A DNA stretch of 64,000 nucleotides from Pachysolen tannophilus NRRL Y-2460. Taxonomy: Eukaryota. Under the pieces are notes generated by a model. That model saw nothing but the letters and a program-made list of their open reading frames with translations. It was not told the DNA's origin and did no database searches. The position numbers were made by a program, and so were the translations under genes. The DNA lies in assembly GCA_001661245.1 (NCBI GenBank), contig KV454016.1, forward strand, positions 668,648 through 732,647, given 5' to 3'. Shown here in pieces: positions 12,401-23,725 of this stretch (positions are counted from its first letter, which is position 1; every line of letters begins with the position of its first letter).

Positions 12401-12921
12401 GGTGGATCAATTTTTTGCTTTTTCGATGGAATAGTTGACAAGGCTAATGAAGGCTTGTTCTTTACTCCAGCATTTGAATTCGGCACAAAAATTGTTTCTG
12501 TGCTATTAACATTATTATTATTACCAACATTAGAAAATGAATCATTCATAAAGCCATTCAAAACATTCTTATTATCAGTAGTATTACCGGGATAATTATT
12601 ATTCATAAGATTTCGATGTAATTCATTGCCATGCGTTTCGGGTACAATATTAATATTATTATTATTTGAATTTGGTAAAGTGTTAATACGAATATTATTC
12701 ACATTACTAAAACTATTACTGTTGCTAATAAAAGGACTATGTGAAGCTGCACTTGCAGATTCTGACGCCACCACCTGTGTTCCTGCCGATGTTGACCTTG
12801 ATTTAAAACTCTCCACTTCCATATTCTTACAAATAATTTCATCATCGGTAACAGATAAATCCGAATCTACTAGTTCGACAATCTCCGATTCCTTTAATTT
12901 TGAACAAGCTTCAATGTCCAT
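9460..12921 (-). CDS. ULS1: Swi2/Snf2 ATPase with RING finger (SUMO-targeted ubiquitin ligase)
   Basis: GGILADDMGLGKT, DEAQ, RING (CPIC..CGH..C..C..C..C), QAMDRAHRIGQ; SIM-like LIDLT and DIEIT in the N-terminus. Confidence 0.88.
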   Translation of the reverse strand: MDIEACSKLKESEIVELVDSDLSVTDDEIICKNMEVESFKSRSTSAGTQVVASESASAASHSPFISNSNSFSNVNNIRINTLPNSNNNNINIVPETHGNELHRNLMNNNYPGNTTDNKNVLNGFMNDSFSNVGNNNNVNSTETIFVPNSNAGVKNKPSLALSTIPSKKQKIDPPLIDLTNEDDSEVYGFEYQPNNNTVADNNDTYNITNNNNNGPTSISLADTSDESDDDIEITGWKILSKPTQEQQYPQQFQRPPYDSNNGTSGMPSYFDQVMSSFSYPNDGVGTSSTTLNINTTTDNENLRNEYIEKERLRREYNSWESKAIDLRQNITSADRQIEAIMRALEVLLGNDPTINRVREVKRSHLINLERYQKINKVKLNELEIRAQEAKNKFLTFSSMVASRTSLHNHNHNHNHNHNHNRNDINDYEQRYQNAIMNQQVQNGHTGYAQNVYTMTDDSSNLQQLLNTIKPDEHYEKDIKDMPKDLTVTLLKHQKIGLSWLIDMEESVKKGGILADDMGLGKTVQTISLMLAHTSLDPNLKTNLIVAPIALLQQWQAELLSKIKTPIKVFIYHKDKLPSFKHLKKYDFVLVSYGTLASEMKKHFKLAIEQAKLAKKSTVLPHPNSGGQEYESPFFTKDAVFYRAILDEAQWVKNKLTQSSKAVALLKAKYRWCLSGTPMQNSIDELYSLIRFLQIKPYNDEQKFRSDIFLPIRQQNTDKYDEFDTSRAMKKLQALLKAILLRRTKDMEIDGQPILKLPPRSIVIDHVDMYEYENDFYFSLETSSKQRAEKMLNSKGSVGNYSSMLTLLLRLRQACCHNYLVKIGDRRNIVNNWKSKTAIARTFNSDTVRRVNTNIGNGFACPICFDSPSSENISILTPCGHLICNECVDSFFERFQDKETNNGGRIAKCLHCRAECLESKVIPFDIFDKVQNQHLSDIDLENSYESSEVTGKLTDKKKKIIRLIEEEGGEFKSSAKIDMVIKLIKEILLKDPNEKILIFSQFTLLFDVMQIVLDKENIQWLRYDGSMTADQRNHVIGKFYSTTEKRVLLLSLKAGNVGLTLTCANHVIIMDPFWNPYVEEQAMDRAHRIGQQREVFIHRLLIKGTVEDRIQELQEKKRTIVNSALDKEGFANISRLGRREIEFLFGLNTLNQEN
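11661..11702. repeat. (GATTGT)7 hexanucleotide repeat encoding (HN)n in ULS1
   Basis: Seven direct copies visible. Confidence 0.95.
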
Positions 12922-13314
12922 ATTTCTAAACGGAAAAAAAAAAGAAAGAAAAAGGGGATTAAAATATAAACTCTATCGAGTTCACTGAATTCGATGGAAT
13001 CTCTATTAGTTCCAAACCCTAACTATAGATTCTTTTTTTTGATAATTATAATAATAATAATATATTATTTTGCTTTATCATTTACAAGAGGTTTATCACA
13101 TATTTTAGTTAGTTATAAAGTGTAAAAAAAACCCCAAACTTATACCTTGTTTACACGTCTTTTCATGTTTTAGATTAACAAGATTGTTTGTAAGAAGAAT
13201 GGGATTAATATTATTATATGATCATTTATTTATAAGTTATTATACCACATATATAGAGTAACCAGTTGCAATTAATTGAGCTGCTGAGGTTGGAATTACA
13301 TTAATAAGGATGCA

Positions 13315-13998
13315 TTAATTTTTTTTTTCTTCTTCTTTTTCTTCTTGAATTTCAACTTCATCTTCATATACGACTTTAATATAATAATCTTCACCATTTT
13401 GTTTTGAAATTTCTTTTAAAATATTTTCCAATTCTTCTTTTAATTTTTTATGATCTTGATTAAATGATAATCCTCTTTCAAAATCCGATTTTGCTTCAAT
13501 TAAATTTCCCAATTTGAAATTACTTAATCCTCTTCTTAAATGACTTTCTGGAACACTTGCAGCCAAACTACATAATAAATCTGCATCATTAAAAGAATCT
13601 ATATAATCACCATTCAAGTAATAAGCTTCAGATCTTCCAATTAAAAAAATTATAAATTCTTGTAAAGTCATTTGGAAACTTTCAAATTTTGGTCTTCTAA
13701 AATTCATCTCCATTCCAACTGAAAATTGTTTTATTGCTTCTGGATATTTTTTCTCCTTCATTGATTTCACTGCTGAATCATGCATTTTCTTCATCAACGC
13801 AGAAAGATGTTTATTATAACTTTGAGGAGTTGGAGCTTTTGGAATATCTGTATTTGCAGAAATTAATTCTGCTGCTAAAGTATTAAGTTGAGTGATTTCT
13901 AATTGTAAATCTTTCCATTCTGATTTAGAAACATCTTCAGTCAAAGATATCTTTTTCGTTGTTGAATCATACGTTATAGGTAAATAATAATCTGTCAT
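13315..13998 (-). CDS. SEC72: Sec63 complex subunit Sec72 (TPR)
   Basis: LPITYD..TKKI, LEITQLNTL, RRPKFESFQ and TPR helices; ATG start at 13998. Confidence 0.9.
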   Translation of the reverse strand: MTDYYLPITYDSTTKKISLTEDVSKSEWKDLQLEITQLNTLAAELISANTDIPKAPTPQSYNKHLSALMKKMHDSAVKSMKEKKYPEAIKQFSVGMEMNFRRPKFESFQMTLQEFIIFLIGRSEAYYLNGDYIDSFNDADLLCSLAASVPESHLRRGLSNFKLGNLIEAKSDFERGLSFNQDHKKLKEELENILKEISKQNGEDYYIKVVYEDEVEIQEEKEEEKKN

Positions 13999-14283
13999 AT
14001 CCTCTGTTATTCGTTTCAATAAATAAATAACAATTAATTAATTAATTGTTCTTTGTTTTATTTTATTATTATTTTATTTTTTCAACAAATTAATTGTTAC
14101 ATTTAAAATCATGGTAGTGTGTAAGTGGTGTAAACATAGGCGTACGTACAGATTTCTGCTTCTCTTTGGCCTATATTCATTCAATGAATAAAGTAGATAA
14201 ATAAAACTAATGAGCCAAAAAAGATAGATATTTGTGATAGTTGAGATAATAGAAATAATAGAGATAATTGGGATATTAGAATC

Positions 14284-15024
14284 ATGACAGTAGTTTCAAA
14301 AAGAGTTTCAATTCAATGGCCTCCAGAAGATGCATCAGAGCCAACTACTACAATGGTTTTCACAGCTCCAAGTGATAAATTTGTAGATTTACGTCCATTA
14401 AAAATCCCACAAACTGAAAAAGAAGAAAAATTTCCATTTGAATGGGCTATAGTAGGTTATGAACAAGTTTTACCAGAAAATAAAATTCAATTCCATCATA
14501 CTATGGATTCTAGATTGGTTAACGAGATTTATTACCTGAAAAAAAATAATTTATTATTACCTTCTACAGAGGATACTCCTGATATTGGTCATTTTACCAC
14601 ACTACCAAATGGAGATAAAAGAGAAGATGGTGAAATGCTTAATATTGCAACTGGTAAGATCCAACCATACATCGAAATCTGGAGAAGTTTAGACCTTACA
14701 AGAGCTACTCCTGATTCCCCCATTGCTCTGTCGGAACAACAAGATGTTCCTACAGTTAAATGTATTGTTCTTGAAGTCAATGATGATATTTACGAAGGTA
14801 GGTTTATTATAATAGGTAATTGGGCTCAAGGAATTTTAAATAATAAGAAAACTGACTACAATGAAAATTATTCATCTTCCATGTCTTGTATCAGAGTATA
14901 CTTCCGCAACAACAAATGGGAACCACTTGTAGAATATGGAATCGATATAGAAAAATTTCCTGTTGGATTCACTGGAAAAATCGGTGACTATCAAGGTATT
15001 TGGAAATGTATAGAGTTATCGTAA
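14284..15024 (+). CDS. HRI1: Hri1 family protein
   Basis: SKRVSIQWPP..ASEPT.TMV, FVDLRP, FEWA, E.GEM.N..TG.IQPYIEIWRSLD. Confidence 0.88.
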   Translation: MTVVSKRVSIQWPPEDASEPTTTMVFTAPSDKFVDLRPLKIPQTEKEEKFPFEWAIVGYEQVLPENKIQFHHTMDSRLVNEIYYLKKNNLLLPSTEDTPDIGHFTTLPNGDKREDGEMLNIATGKIQPYIEIWRSLDLTRATPDSPIALSEQQDVPTVKCIVLEVNDDIYEGRFIIIGNWAQGILNNKKTDYNENYSSSMSCIRVYFRNNKWEPLVEYGIDIEKFPVGFTGKIGDYQGIWKCIELS

Positions 15025-15368
15025 TTTTTCCAAATAAGTAGTAAATATTAAATCAGTATTATTATTATTATTACTTTATCTGGTTTAGTTAATAGTTAAT
15101 GATAAGAGTATATTTTGGTAGTGCTCTAAATTACCAAAAAAAGTTTTTTTTTTTTTTGTTTTTGGTATTTTTTTCGGGTAATTTTTTTTTGTTGATCGAA
15201 CAAAAAAGTTATTTTTTTATCTAGAAGCTCTCTCGTAATAATAATAGGAAATTTTTTATCTAATATAAATCTATACATTTGAATAATAATAATAATAATA
15301 ATAAAATTAAAAATAAAAAAAATTTAATATATATTTATATTATTATCAATTTGAAGAAAGAATTCATT

Positions 15369-15980
15369 ATGTCAGGAGCAGCTCTGTATGTATTAATTTA
15401 AAATCAGAGAAAATTGATCTGATCTTGCTGAATTTGAATTTTTTTTTTTGCTTTGCTTTTGGCTTTATTTTATTATTATTAATTTTAGCAAACAAATAAA
15501 TATTCAAATGTTCAAATAAAGATTTTAATTTTAGGAATTCAAGTTACTAACGTTAATGATATATAATGTTGTTGAATGTTTAGGCTTTTCATTTTTTCAG
15601 TCATAGTTAACTGTGTTAACTTATTCTTGCAAGTTTTTTTCACAATCATGTATAGTGATTTGGAATGTGATTATATTAATCCAATTGAATTATGTAACAA
15701 GTTGAACAAATATATCATTCCTGAAGCTGCATTACAAGGATTGCTATCAATATTATTTTTAATTAACGGCTATTGGTTTACTTTTCTCTTGAACCTGCCA
15801 TTGCTTGCATTTAATATCAACAAAGTTTATAACAAAAATCATTTACTCGATGCTACTGAAATTTTTAGAACTTTATCAAAACATAAGAGAGAATCTTTTT
15901 TCAAATTGGGTTTCCATTTGTTGATGTTCTTTTACTACTTGTATCGTATGATTGTCAGTCTTGTTGCTGATGAATTATAA
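15369..15980 (+). CDS. ERV14: Cornichon-family COPII cargo receptor; exons 15369-15385 and 15584-15980
   Basis: [15 protein letters not shown] and [11 protein letters not shown] motifs; intron 15386-15583 with GTATGT, TACTAAC (15545) and TAG restores the frame. Confidence 0.95.
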
Positions 15981-17140
15981 AAAAAAAAAAATTATCAAAA
16001 GATAAAAAGAGTAGATGCAACATTCATGAGAATCTGCATTGAGCAAAAGAAAGGAAGGAAAGAAGATAAAAAAAAAAAAAGAAGAGAGAGAGAGAGAAAG
16101 AGAAGAAGTACATTAAAGGGAGTAATATTAAGTATGTTTACTTTATGTAAATGAAAACTAGTTTTGTTTAATTTGTGATTATAGAAGGGTTCTGTGTGTG
16201 TTTTTTTTTTTTTTTTATTTTTTTTTATATATATATATATATTTTTATTTTTATTTTATTACTTTTTTCTTTTTTTTCTTATTTTGTTGTTAGTTGTATC
16301 TTTGTTAATCAATCAATCATTCATAAATTTTCTATATTTTTTTTATTTTTTTTTTTTATATTATTGAGGTTTCTTCCCATCTATCTATTTTTCAGTATTT
16401 CAATTATTTTAATTCTTTTTTTTTTTTTCAACACTCCTCTTATTCTATCTTCCTGTATTTTGTTTTTGTTTTTTTTTTTTTGAATTGACAATCAGAGCAC
16501 TTTACCAATACATATCCAAAGTTTTAGTTGAGACATATTGACTAAATCTATCTCTACACATCAAGACCCTTTAATATATATTAATATTGTAGCTAAATGC
16601 GCGCGTTTTATCTTTCTCATGTGTTTGAAAAATTGAAAATTTAAAGAAATTAGAAAAAAAAAGTTCAAACAAATTTACTTAGATACTATAAAAATTTCCC
16701 TTTTGGTAACAACTCGCATAATATAGTTTAAATACTTTTACAACTAATGTTTAATTAATAATTTTTATTTGAATTGAATCAAAGAAACCGAGAAAATAAT
16801 GGATGAATTTTAACATCCAAAAGCTTTCCACTTTTTACCGAAAGAACCTTTTTATTTTCTTTTTTAGGTCGAAATCTAATCTGATGTTTCCCCTTTTTTT
16901 TTACAACTTTAAACTTACCTTTTTCGTTATTGTAAATTTGGAAAGAAATGAATAAGGTTTGTTTTATGTAGAGAATTAAGATTAATCACCTTAGTTCTAT
17001 GTTATGCTAGATAATCTTTCCAAGGTTTAAATTCTTCTTAATATCTATAACTTGAAGAGGGGATAACTTTTTGTTGAAAAAAAAGAAAAAAACACAACAT
17101 GACTTCAAAGTCTTTCAGCTAGATAAAAAAAAGTCATAAA

Positions 17141-18124
17141 ATGGATGGTTTCATTTGGATTTTCCTTTTGAAATGCCTACTTGTCATTAGCATATCTCAA
17201 TGCAAAGTTGTCAACACCACAGAGTATTCACCTGCTGTATATGATACACTAGTTGAATTGACAAAATTTTGTTCAGTGGCAACATGTATTAAATATTCAG
17301 GTGATAATAAAGCTGAGTTACAAAAAAAATTACCACCAGATTTACAAGAAGGATATGAGATTTATAAAGTTTTTGAATTAAATGGAATAAAATCTGGTAG
17401 TGGTTATATTGCTTTGGATCATAATGGGGGAAGAATCTTGATTGTATTTAGAGGTTCTAGTTCAACAGTAGATTATTTTTATGATTTAAATGCTATACCA
17501 GTTCCATATAAACCATTAGCGACTCCAAAAGATTCTTCAATAGATGAATGTTCAAGTTGTATTACTCATCAAGGATTTTATACATCTTTTATACAACTTT
17601 ATGAAAAAGTTATACCTGTTGTAAAAGATTTGAAAAAAATGAAAAAATTTATTAATTATAAAGTTGTAGTTACTGGACATTCATTAGGTGGTGCATTATC
17701 CACATTAGCTGGGATTGAATTACAATTATTAGGTTATGAGCCGTTAGTAGTTGCTATAGCTGCTCCTAAAATTGGAAGTCCAATCATGGCTCAATGGATT
17801 GATCAAATATTTCAAACAGAATCACATATTGATTCAATTGCTTTTGCAAATGGGGATTTAAGTGAAGGTGGTTATTATAGAATTGATCATGAAGGTGATT
17901 ATGTTCCTCTATTACCACCTACAGCGATTTATGCCCATGGTGGTGCACGATTTTATATTGGTCCAATTGAGTTGCCGCATTTGAAAGAAAATACATTTTT
18001 CACTGGTTCTTATCAATATACTTCTGTTTCAGAACAATTATTAAAAGATATCCGTAAAGGTGAAAATCCTCAAAAACGTCACCAACATACTCGTTATTTT
18101 ATGCCAACCAGTAGATGCAAATGA
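17141..18124 (+). CDS. Secreted class 3 lipase
   Basis: Signal peptide, VFRGS, VVTGHSLGGA nucleophile elbow, D.VP.LPP, C-terminal H..YF. Confidence 0.9.
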   Translation: MDGFIWIFLLKCLLVISISQCKVVNTTEYSPAVYDTLVELTKFCSVATCIKYSGDNKAELQKKLPPDLQEGYEIYKVFELNGIKSGSGYIALDHNGGRILIVFRGSSSTVDYFYDLNAIPVPYKPLATPKDSSIDECSSCITHQGFYTSFIQLYEKVIPVVKDLKKMKKFINYKVVVTGHSLGGALSTLAGIELQLLGYEPLVVAIAAPKIGSPIMAQWIDQIFQTESHIDSIAFANGDLSEGGYYRIDHEGDYVPLLPPTAIYAHGGARFYIGPIELPHLKENTFFTGSYQYTSVSEQLLKDIRKGENPQKRHQHTRYFMPTSRCK

Positions 18125-19271
18125 AGTTATAATTTATAAACCCCATTCCATTGTTTTTTGTTTTTTTAGCAGTTTAAAATATAATAGTAGAATAGAAGTT
18201 TTGAGCCGTAGACGAATTTTTCCTACTAATGGAAATTAAGCAGGAGAATAAAATTCATATCTATATATATGTATGTATGTATGTATCTGTCTATAGGAAG
18301 GCTGATTTTGGATAACAAGTAAGATAGAGGTTTACTTACCCAAATTGAGTAGGGCCTTGCAGCTACAGGATAGCGGCGGAACTTCTAGCTTGAAAGAGCC
18401 AAAAAAAAAAAAAAGCAAAAAAAAAAAGGTCAAACCCGATTTCTTTACTAATAAAGTTCCAAAGTTATCAAAAATACAGACTACAAAATCCAAATCCAAA
18501 GTAATTCAAATATACGAATATTGAGAAAACATTTAACAATTAACATATATAAATATATATATATATCAATCGATAACGAACAAAAAGATTTTCTGCGTAT
18601 TAGATCTTACCAAAAACCGGTTTTAGTCAAGGAGTTAAAAGTTAAAATTTCAAGGATGCTTAAAGAGACAGATTTCAGCTTCAATAAAGAGCAACTATAA
18701 ACACGAATTTAAAAAGAAAGCAAAAAAAATGAATCATTTCCCGGAAAAGAAATATTTTCTCCGTTTTTTTTTTTTAAAATTATTTAATTTTGACCGTGGT
18801 TTTAATTTAAAACTATGGAATGGCCCTTTTTCGTTATTCAAAACTACGAATGAATACCAGACAAATTGCGTCAACAGTAGATCCTTAAAACCTTTTTTTT
18901 TTTGCTTTACCATAAACCTTGCTCAAACTTTACATCTTGTGAACACAACAACACTTTGTGAATACAATAACATCTTATGAACAGCTTTCCTGTTTTCTTG
19001 ATGCTTGTTCCTAGTTACTTTATTCAACAAACAAAAATAACTTCAGAATACGCATGCGCACTTATTTTTTTTTTTTTGTTTTTTTGTTGGCCATTTTCTA
19101 AATTATACTTTCCCGCATTGCCTTATGCCTTACTACGGTACTACGTACATCATCTTTTTACACCTTGAAAGCTATTCTGACTGCAACTTTTCTTCTTGTT
19201 GGAAATGCCAATTACATACAGCACCTGACTCAAGAAGTTATTGTCTATTTTTAATTAAAGCAGTTAGGGAA

Positions 19272-19309
<38 letters not shown>

Positions 19310-20454
19310 GCAAGGAGTAAGTTTTTTTTTTCCTTCTAGAAAAATCATTCTATGTTACAATACTATAAAATTGAAAAACAAAAAATTTTTTTTAGAATTT
19401 TTTTCTTATTTTCTTTTTAGTACGGGAAACAGTGCTACATATATACCCTCGGTCAAATGTCAGCTCATCAATTAATAGATGTTGTAGCGGAGCAATGGGA
19501 ATAGAGCCAGAACCAAAGTCAGAACCAAAGCCAAAGTCAAAACCAGAACCAGAACCGGAATCAGAAACAGAACCAAAACCTTTATTTTAATCATAATTTA
19601 TAATTATAATTTGAATCGCACAGTTTCCTGCATTATTTAATCTGCAAATCCGATCAACTAACTGGCTTTTAGTAGAAAAATAAAAAAAAACATTGCAAAA
19701 ACAGTTGGAAACAGGTTTAGCCGCCAGCGCATAACTACGCAGAGATTTATTGAAACAAGAAAAAAAAAAAAAAACTTGTAAAAATTATAAAGTGAATGGG
19801 GGCTGTGAGTCTATGAATATGTTAACTCGTTTCTACTCAAAAAATATTTTTCTATTTTTTTTTGTATTTACTCGTAGAATAAAAAGAGGAACGAGAGAGA
19901 CAGAATACGCTTCTGCACTTCTTAACTTCTGCACCTTTCTGCGTATCTAATTATATGTGTTGATTAATGTATTGATGCGCTGATGCGCATCAATACATCA
20001 ATACATCAACACATCTCTTTATTTTTTTTATTTTTTCTCCTATCCGGAGAAATTTCTTGGCTCAAAGTGTACGAGCGATCCGAAAATTTTTTATTTTTTT
20101 TCGAAATTTTTCAAGTTGATGATGATTGCTAAGTAAATTCCCTACAAAAGTATCTTTCTGGGTTAAAATGTATGTTATAGTAAAAATATACGTACTTCTT
20201 TTTATATGATATATATTCATATTATTTATACAATTAAACAATTAAAAAAGAAATAGCTTGTTAATAATTAGATTTTAATTATAAAAACTATACACACACA
20301 TACACATAATCAAAAAAAAAAAAAGCAAAGCTACCAAAACTATCTATTAATTAATCAGGAGAGCAAGACGTCATCTTAAAAAGAGAAAGAAAAACTGAAA
20401 AATCAAAAAAAAAAGGTTTTGGTCTTAATAGTTTTGTTATTTATTGTTTAATTG

Positions 20455-20505
<51 letters not shown>

Positions 20506-20790
20506 NNNNNNNNNNNNNNNNNNNNNNNNNNNNNNNNNNNNNNNNNNNNNNNNNNNNNNNNNNNNNNNNNNNNNNNNNNNNNNNNNNNNNNNNNNNNNNN
20601 NNNNNNNNNNNNNNNNNNNNNNNNNNNNNNNNNNNNNNNNNNNNNNNNNNNNNNNNNNNNNNNNNNNNNNNNNNNNNNNNNNNNNNNNNNNNNNNNNNNN
20701 NNNNNNNNNNNNNNNNNNNNNNNNNNNNNNNNNNNNNNNNNNNNNNNNNNNNNNNNNNNNNNNNNNNNNNNNNNNNNNNNNNNNNNNNNN
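20506..20790. other. Assembly gap (N run)
   Basis: N bases. Confidence 1.
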
Positions 20791-21299
20791 ATTTGTTTTA
20801 ATTTGCTATTTTTTTTTTTTTTTTTTTTTTCTTCTTTTGATTTGTGTTTTTACTTTAATTTTTTTTTTCTTTCTGATTTTTGGTTTTCTCTTTGATTTGT
20901 TTGATTTTTCGTTATTTGTCTTTTGGCTTTAATTTTTAGAAATCTCATTCAAATTAATATCTGAAAAGTTGTTTTATATATTAACTTATATCAGGGGACA
21001 TTAGATATTGGAAGTGAGTTAAAGAGGAAAATTTTTTTAAAATTTGATTTTTTTTTAAGAAAATTTTTTATTTTTTTTTTCTTTTTGTTCAATTAAAAGA
21101 AGTTGGATCAGAAAAAGGAATATAAGTTGAGTTAATTGTTATAATTGTTGTTGTTCTTGTTGTTGGTTTTTTTATTTTCTTTTTTAAAAAAAAGAGAGAA
21201 AACTTTACTTACTTACTAGCTTTGAGATTTTTCGTTGGAAGGATTTTTTTTATTTTTAATTTTTTTTGATTTTTTTTTTTACATTATCGTTATTGAAAA

Positions 21300-22904
21300 A
21301 TGTCAACTGAAGGTGCGTCATCTCAATCTACACATCCACCTCCGCCTCAGCTGCCTTCTGTGCAATCCACCGTGCAGCCTGGATTACAATCCGCTCCAAC
21401 AGCGGTTCCAGGTGCCGCAGCGGCGGCTCCAGCTCAAGCTCAAGCTCAAACTCAACCTCAACCTCAAGCAATTGGAAGTGGACCATCTCAACCAAATGAT
21501 TTCATCGGTAGTATCCCGTTACCAAATCCTCCTGAAAATACTGCAGCAACTGGAATTACTCCAAAGACTTTATGGATGGGTGATTTAGAACCATGGTGGG
21601 ATGAAGGATATATTATTAATATTTGGAAGAATTTAAATAAATCAGTTTTAGTTAAAGTTATTAAACCAAAGAAAAATTCAGTTTTACATCATATAGCAAC
21701 AAATGGCGGCGCAAATCTTTTTAATCATTCTGGTTATTGTTTTGTTGAATTTGAAACTTATGAAGAAGCAAAAGAAGCATTGGCAATGAATGGATCAACC
21801 ATACCTGGTACCAACAATAAGATTTTTAGGTTGAATTGGGCAAGTGGTGCAACTCTTAGTTCTCAAATTCCTCAAACTCAAGAATTTTCTTGTTTTGTTG
21901 GTGATTTATCACCTTCTACAACAGAAGCTCATTTATTAGCATTATTTCAAACTTCTTTTAAATCAGTGAAAACAGTTAGAGTAATGACAGATCCAGCAAC
22001 TGGAAGTTCAAGATGTTTTGGATTTGTTAGATTTACAAATGAAGAAGATAGAAGAAGAGCTTTATTAGAAATGAATGGTGTTTGGTTAGGTGGAAGACCA
22101 ATTAGAGTTGCATTGGCTACACCAAAGCATACCAATAATAATGGGTTTGGTGGCAATAATAGTTTAATGGATCCAACTCGTAACGTTGGTGCTCCAGGTA
22201 TTGACCAAAATCAAATGTTTTTACCTAGACCACCAATTCCAGCTCCAGGAGGTTTACCATATTATCCTCCTCATTTTAATCAACAATCTCCACCTCTGCA
22301 TTCTCAGGCATTTAATGACCCAAATAATACTACTGTCTTTGTTGGAGGTTTGGCAAGTGGAGTTCCAGAAGATACTTTAATAACTTTATTCGAACCATTT
22401 GGTACAATTGTTAATGTTAAAATTCCTCCTGGTAAAGGTTGTGGATTTGTTAAATTTGCTAAAAGAGAAGATGCAGAACAGGCAATTGCTGGAATGCAAG
22501 GTTTTATAATTGGTGGTTCAAGAGTTAGATTAAGTTGGGGAAGATCAAATCATAATAATACAATTAACCAACAAATGTTATTAAGAAATCAAGTTGGATT
22601 AAGTGGAGGATTTGATGGCTATGGCGTACCACCACCTCCAGCAGTTACACAAATCCCACAAGGCTTGGGTGGCGATTTCCCACCACCTCCCCAACTGATG
22701 CCTCCAATGTATTACCCGGGCGCAGACCCATTTCAACCATCAATGGATTTGGCAGATTTGCAACAGGGACAACAACCTTTTATTCCTCAATTCACAAACC
22801 CACAACCTCAACCGCATCCACAAGAATTTCAACCCCATCAATCACAACCAGCTGAAGATGTAATTGAAGGTGGTATAAATGAAGAGGATACCAAGGCTTT
22901 ATGA
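21300..22904 (+). CDS. NGR1: Three-RRM RNA-binding protein (Ngr1/Nam8 family)
   Basis: TLWMGDL, GYCFVEF, FVGDLSP..TEA.LL.LFQ..FKSVKTVRVMTDP.TGSSRCFGFVRF, NTTVFVGGL; next to MET8 as in S. cerevisiae. Confidence 0.88.
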   Translation: MSTEGASSQSTHPPPPQLPSVQSTVQPGLQSAPTAVPGAAAAAPAQAQAQTQPQPQAIGSGPSQPNDFIGSIPLPNPPENTAATGITPKTLWMGDLEPWWDEGYIINIWKNLNKSVLVKVIKPKKNSVLHHIATNGGANLFNHSGYCFVEFETYEEAKEALAMNGSTIPGTNNKIFRLNWASGATLSSQIPQTQEFSCFVGDLSPSTTEAHLLALFQTSFKSVKTVRVMTDPATGSSRCFGFVRFTNEEDRRRALLEMNGVWLGGRPIRVALATPKHTNNNGFGGNNSLMDPTRNVGAPGIDQNQMFLPRPPIPAPGGLPYYPPHFNQQSPPLHSQAFNDPNNTTVFVGGLASGVPEDTLITLFEPFGTIVNVKIPPGKGCGFVKFAKREDAEQAIAGMQGFIIGGSRVRLSWGRSNHNNTINQQMLLRNQVGLSGGFDGYGVPPPPAVTQIPQGLGGDFPPPPQLMPPMYYPGADPFQPSMDLADLQQGQQPFIPQFTNPQPQPHPQEFQPHQSQPAEDVIEGGINEEDTKAL

Positions 22905-23725
22905 GTAAGAGTTCCGTTGGTAATCTTTCTCAATTTCTAATCTCATATTTTTCGAACTTGAGAGAAGTTCAACCTTTTTTTTTTTATTATTATTTTTTTT
23001 TTATTTTATTTTGATTACTATTATTATTATATATATATATTTTTTTTTTTTTTTACTTTTTTTTTATTATATTTTTTCTCTTCTTTTTTGCTTTCTTTCT
23101 GATCAAGTCCAAAATGGAGTCAACCTTTCAGATGATAGATTATATCACACAAAACAAAAAGGCTTTCAAGATATTGACTATGTTCTAAAAAGTGTGTTAG
23201 CGATATTTACAATCAAGAAAAAGGAATTAATAATCATAATTCATTTTGCTTTTAATGCTACGGTTTTTCTCTTTTTTTTTTTGTTTTTTTTTTTTTTTGT
23301 GCCAAATGGAATGAGATAAAAGAATCCTGTTTTTTTACTGTTTTTGAAAAAAATGTTATTAATTTATTCACATACTTACACCAATCAGTTATATATAGTT
23401 ATTACAATGTTATTCACGTTGGTTACTCTACTCCTTCCCCTTTTTTTTNTTTTTTTTTTTTTATTTCTCTTTTAAAAAACCCTTTTCATTTTATTTCTGA
23501 TTCTCCATTTCAGATCAAAAAAATTGATTTACCAAAAGTTTTTTTAGTTGTTTTCACCTTTTTTAAAAAATTTTTATTTTATTTTTTTTTTTAATTTTTT
23601 ATTATGTATTTGAAAAAAAATATTATATATTGTTAACTAGCATATGTTAAGAGATACTCTTTTGAGATTGATTTCTATTAGTGGAATCAATTCACAAGTT
23701 ATAATTCCATTGAATTTCCTTTTCT

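Noticed and set aside
16175..16483. Phe/Ile-rich 102-aa ORF and similar ORFs at 20444, 23011, 24507, 41592 and 50131
   Set aside because: Products of poly-T/A tracts or N gaps with no protein signal
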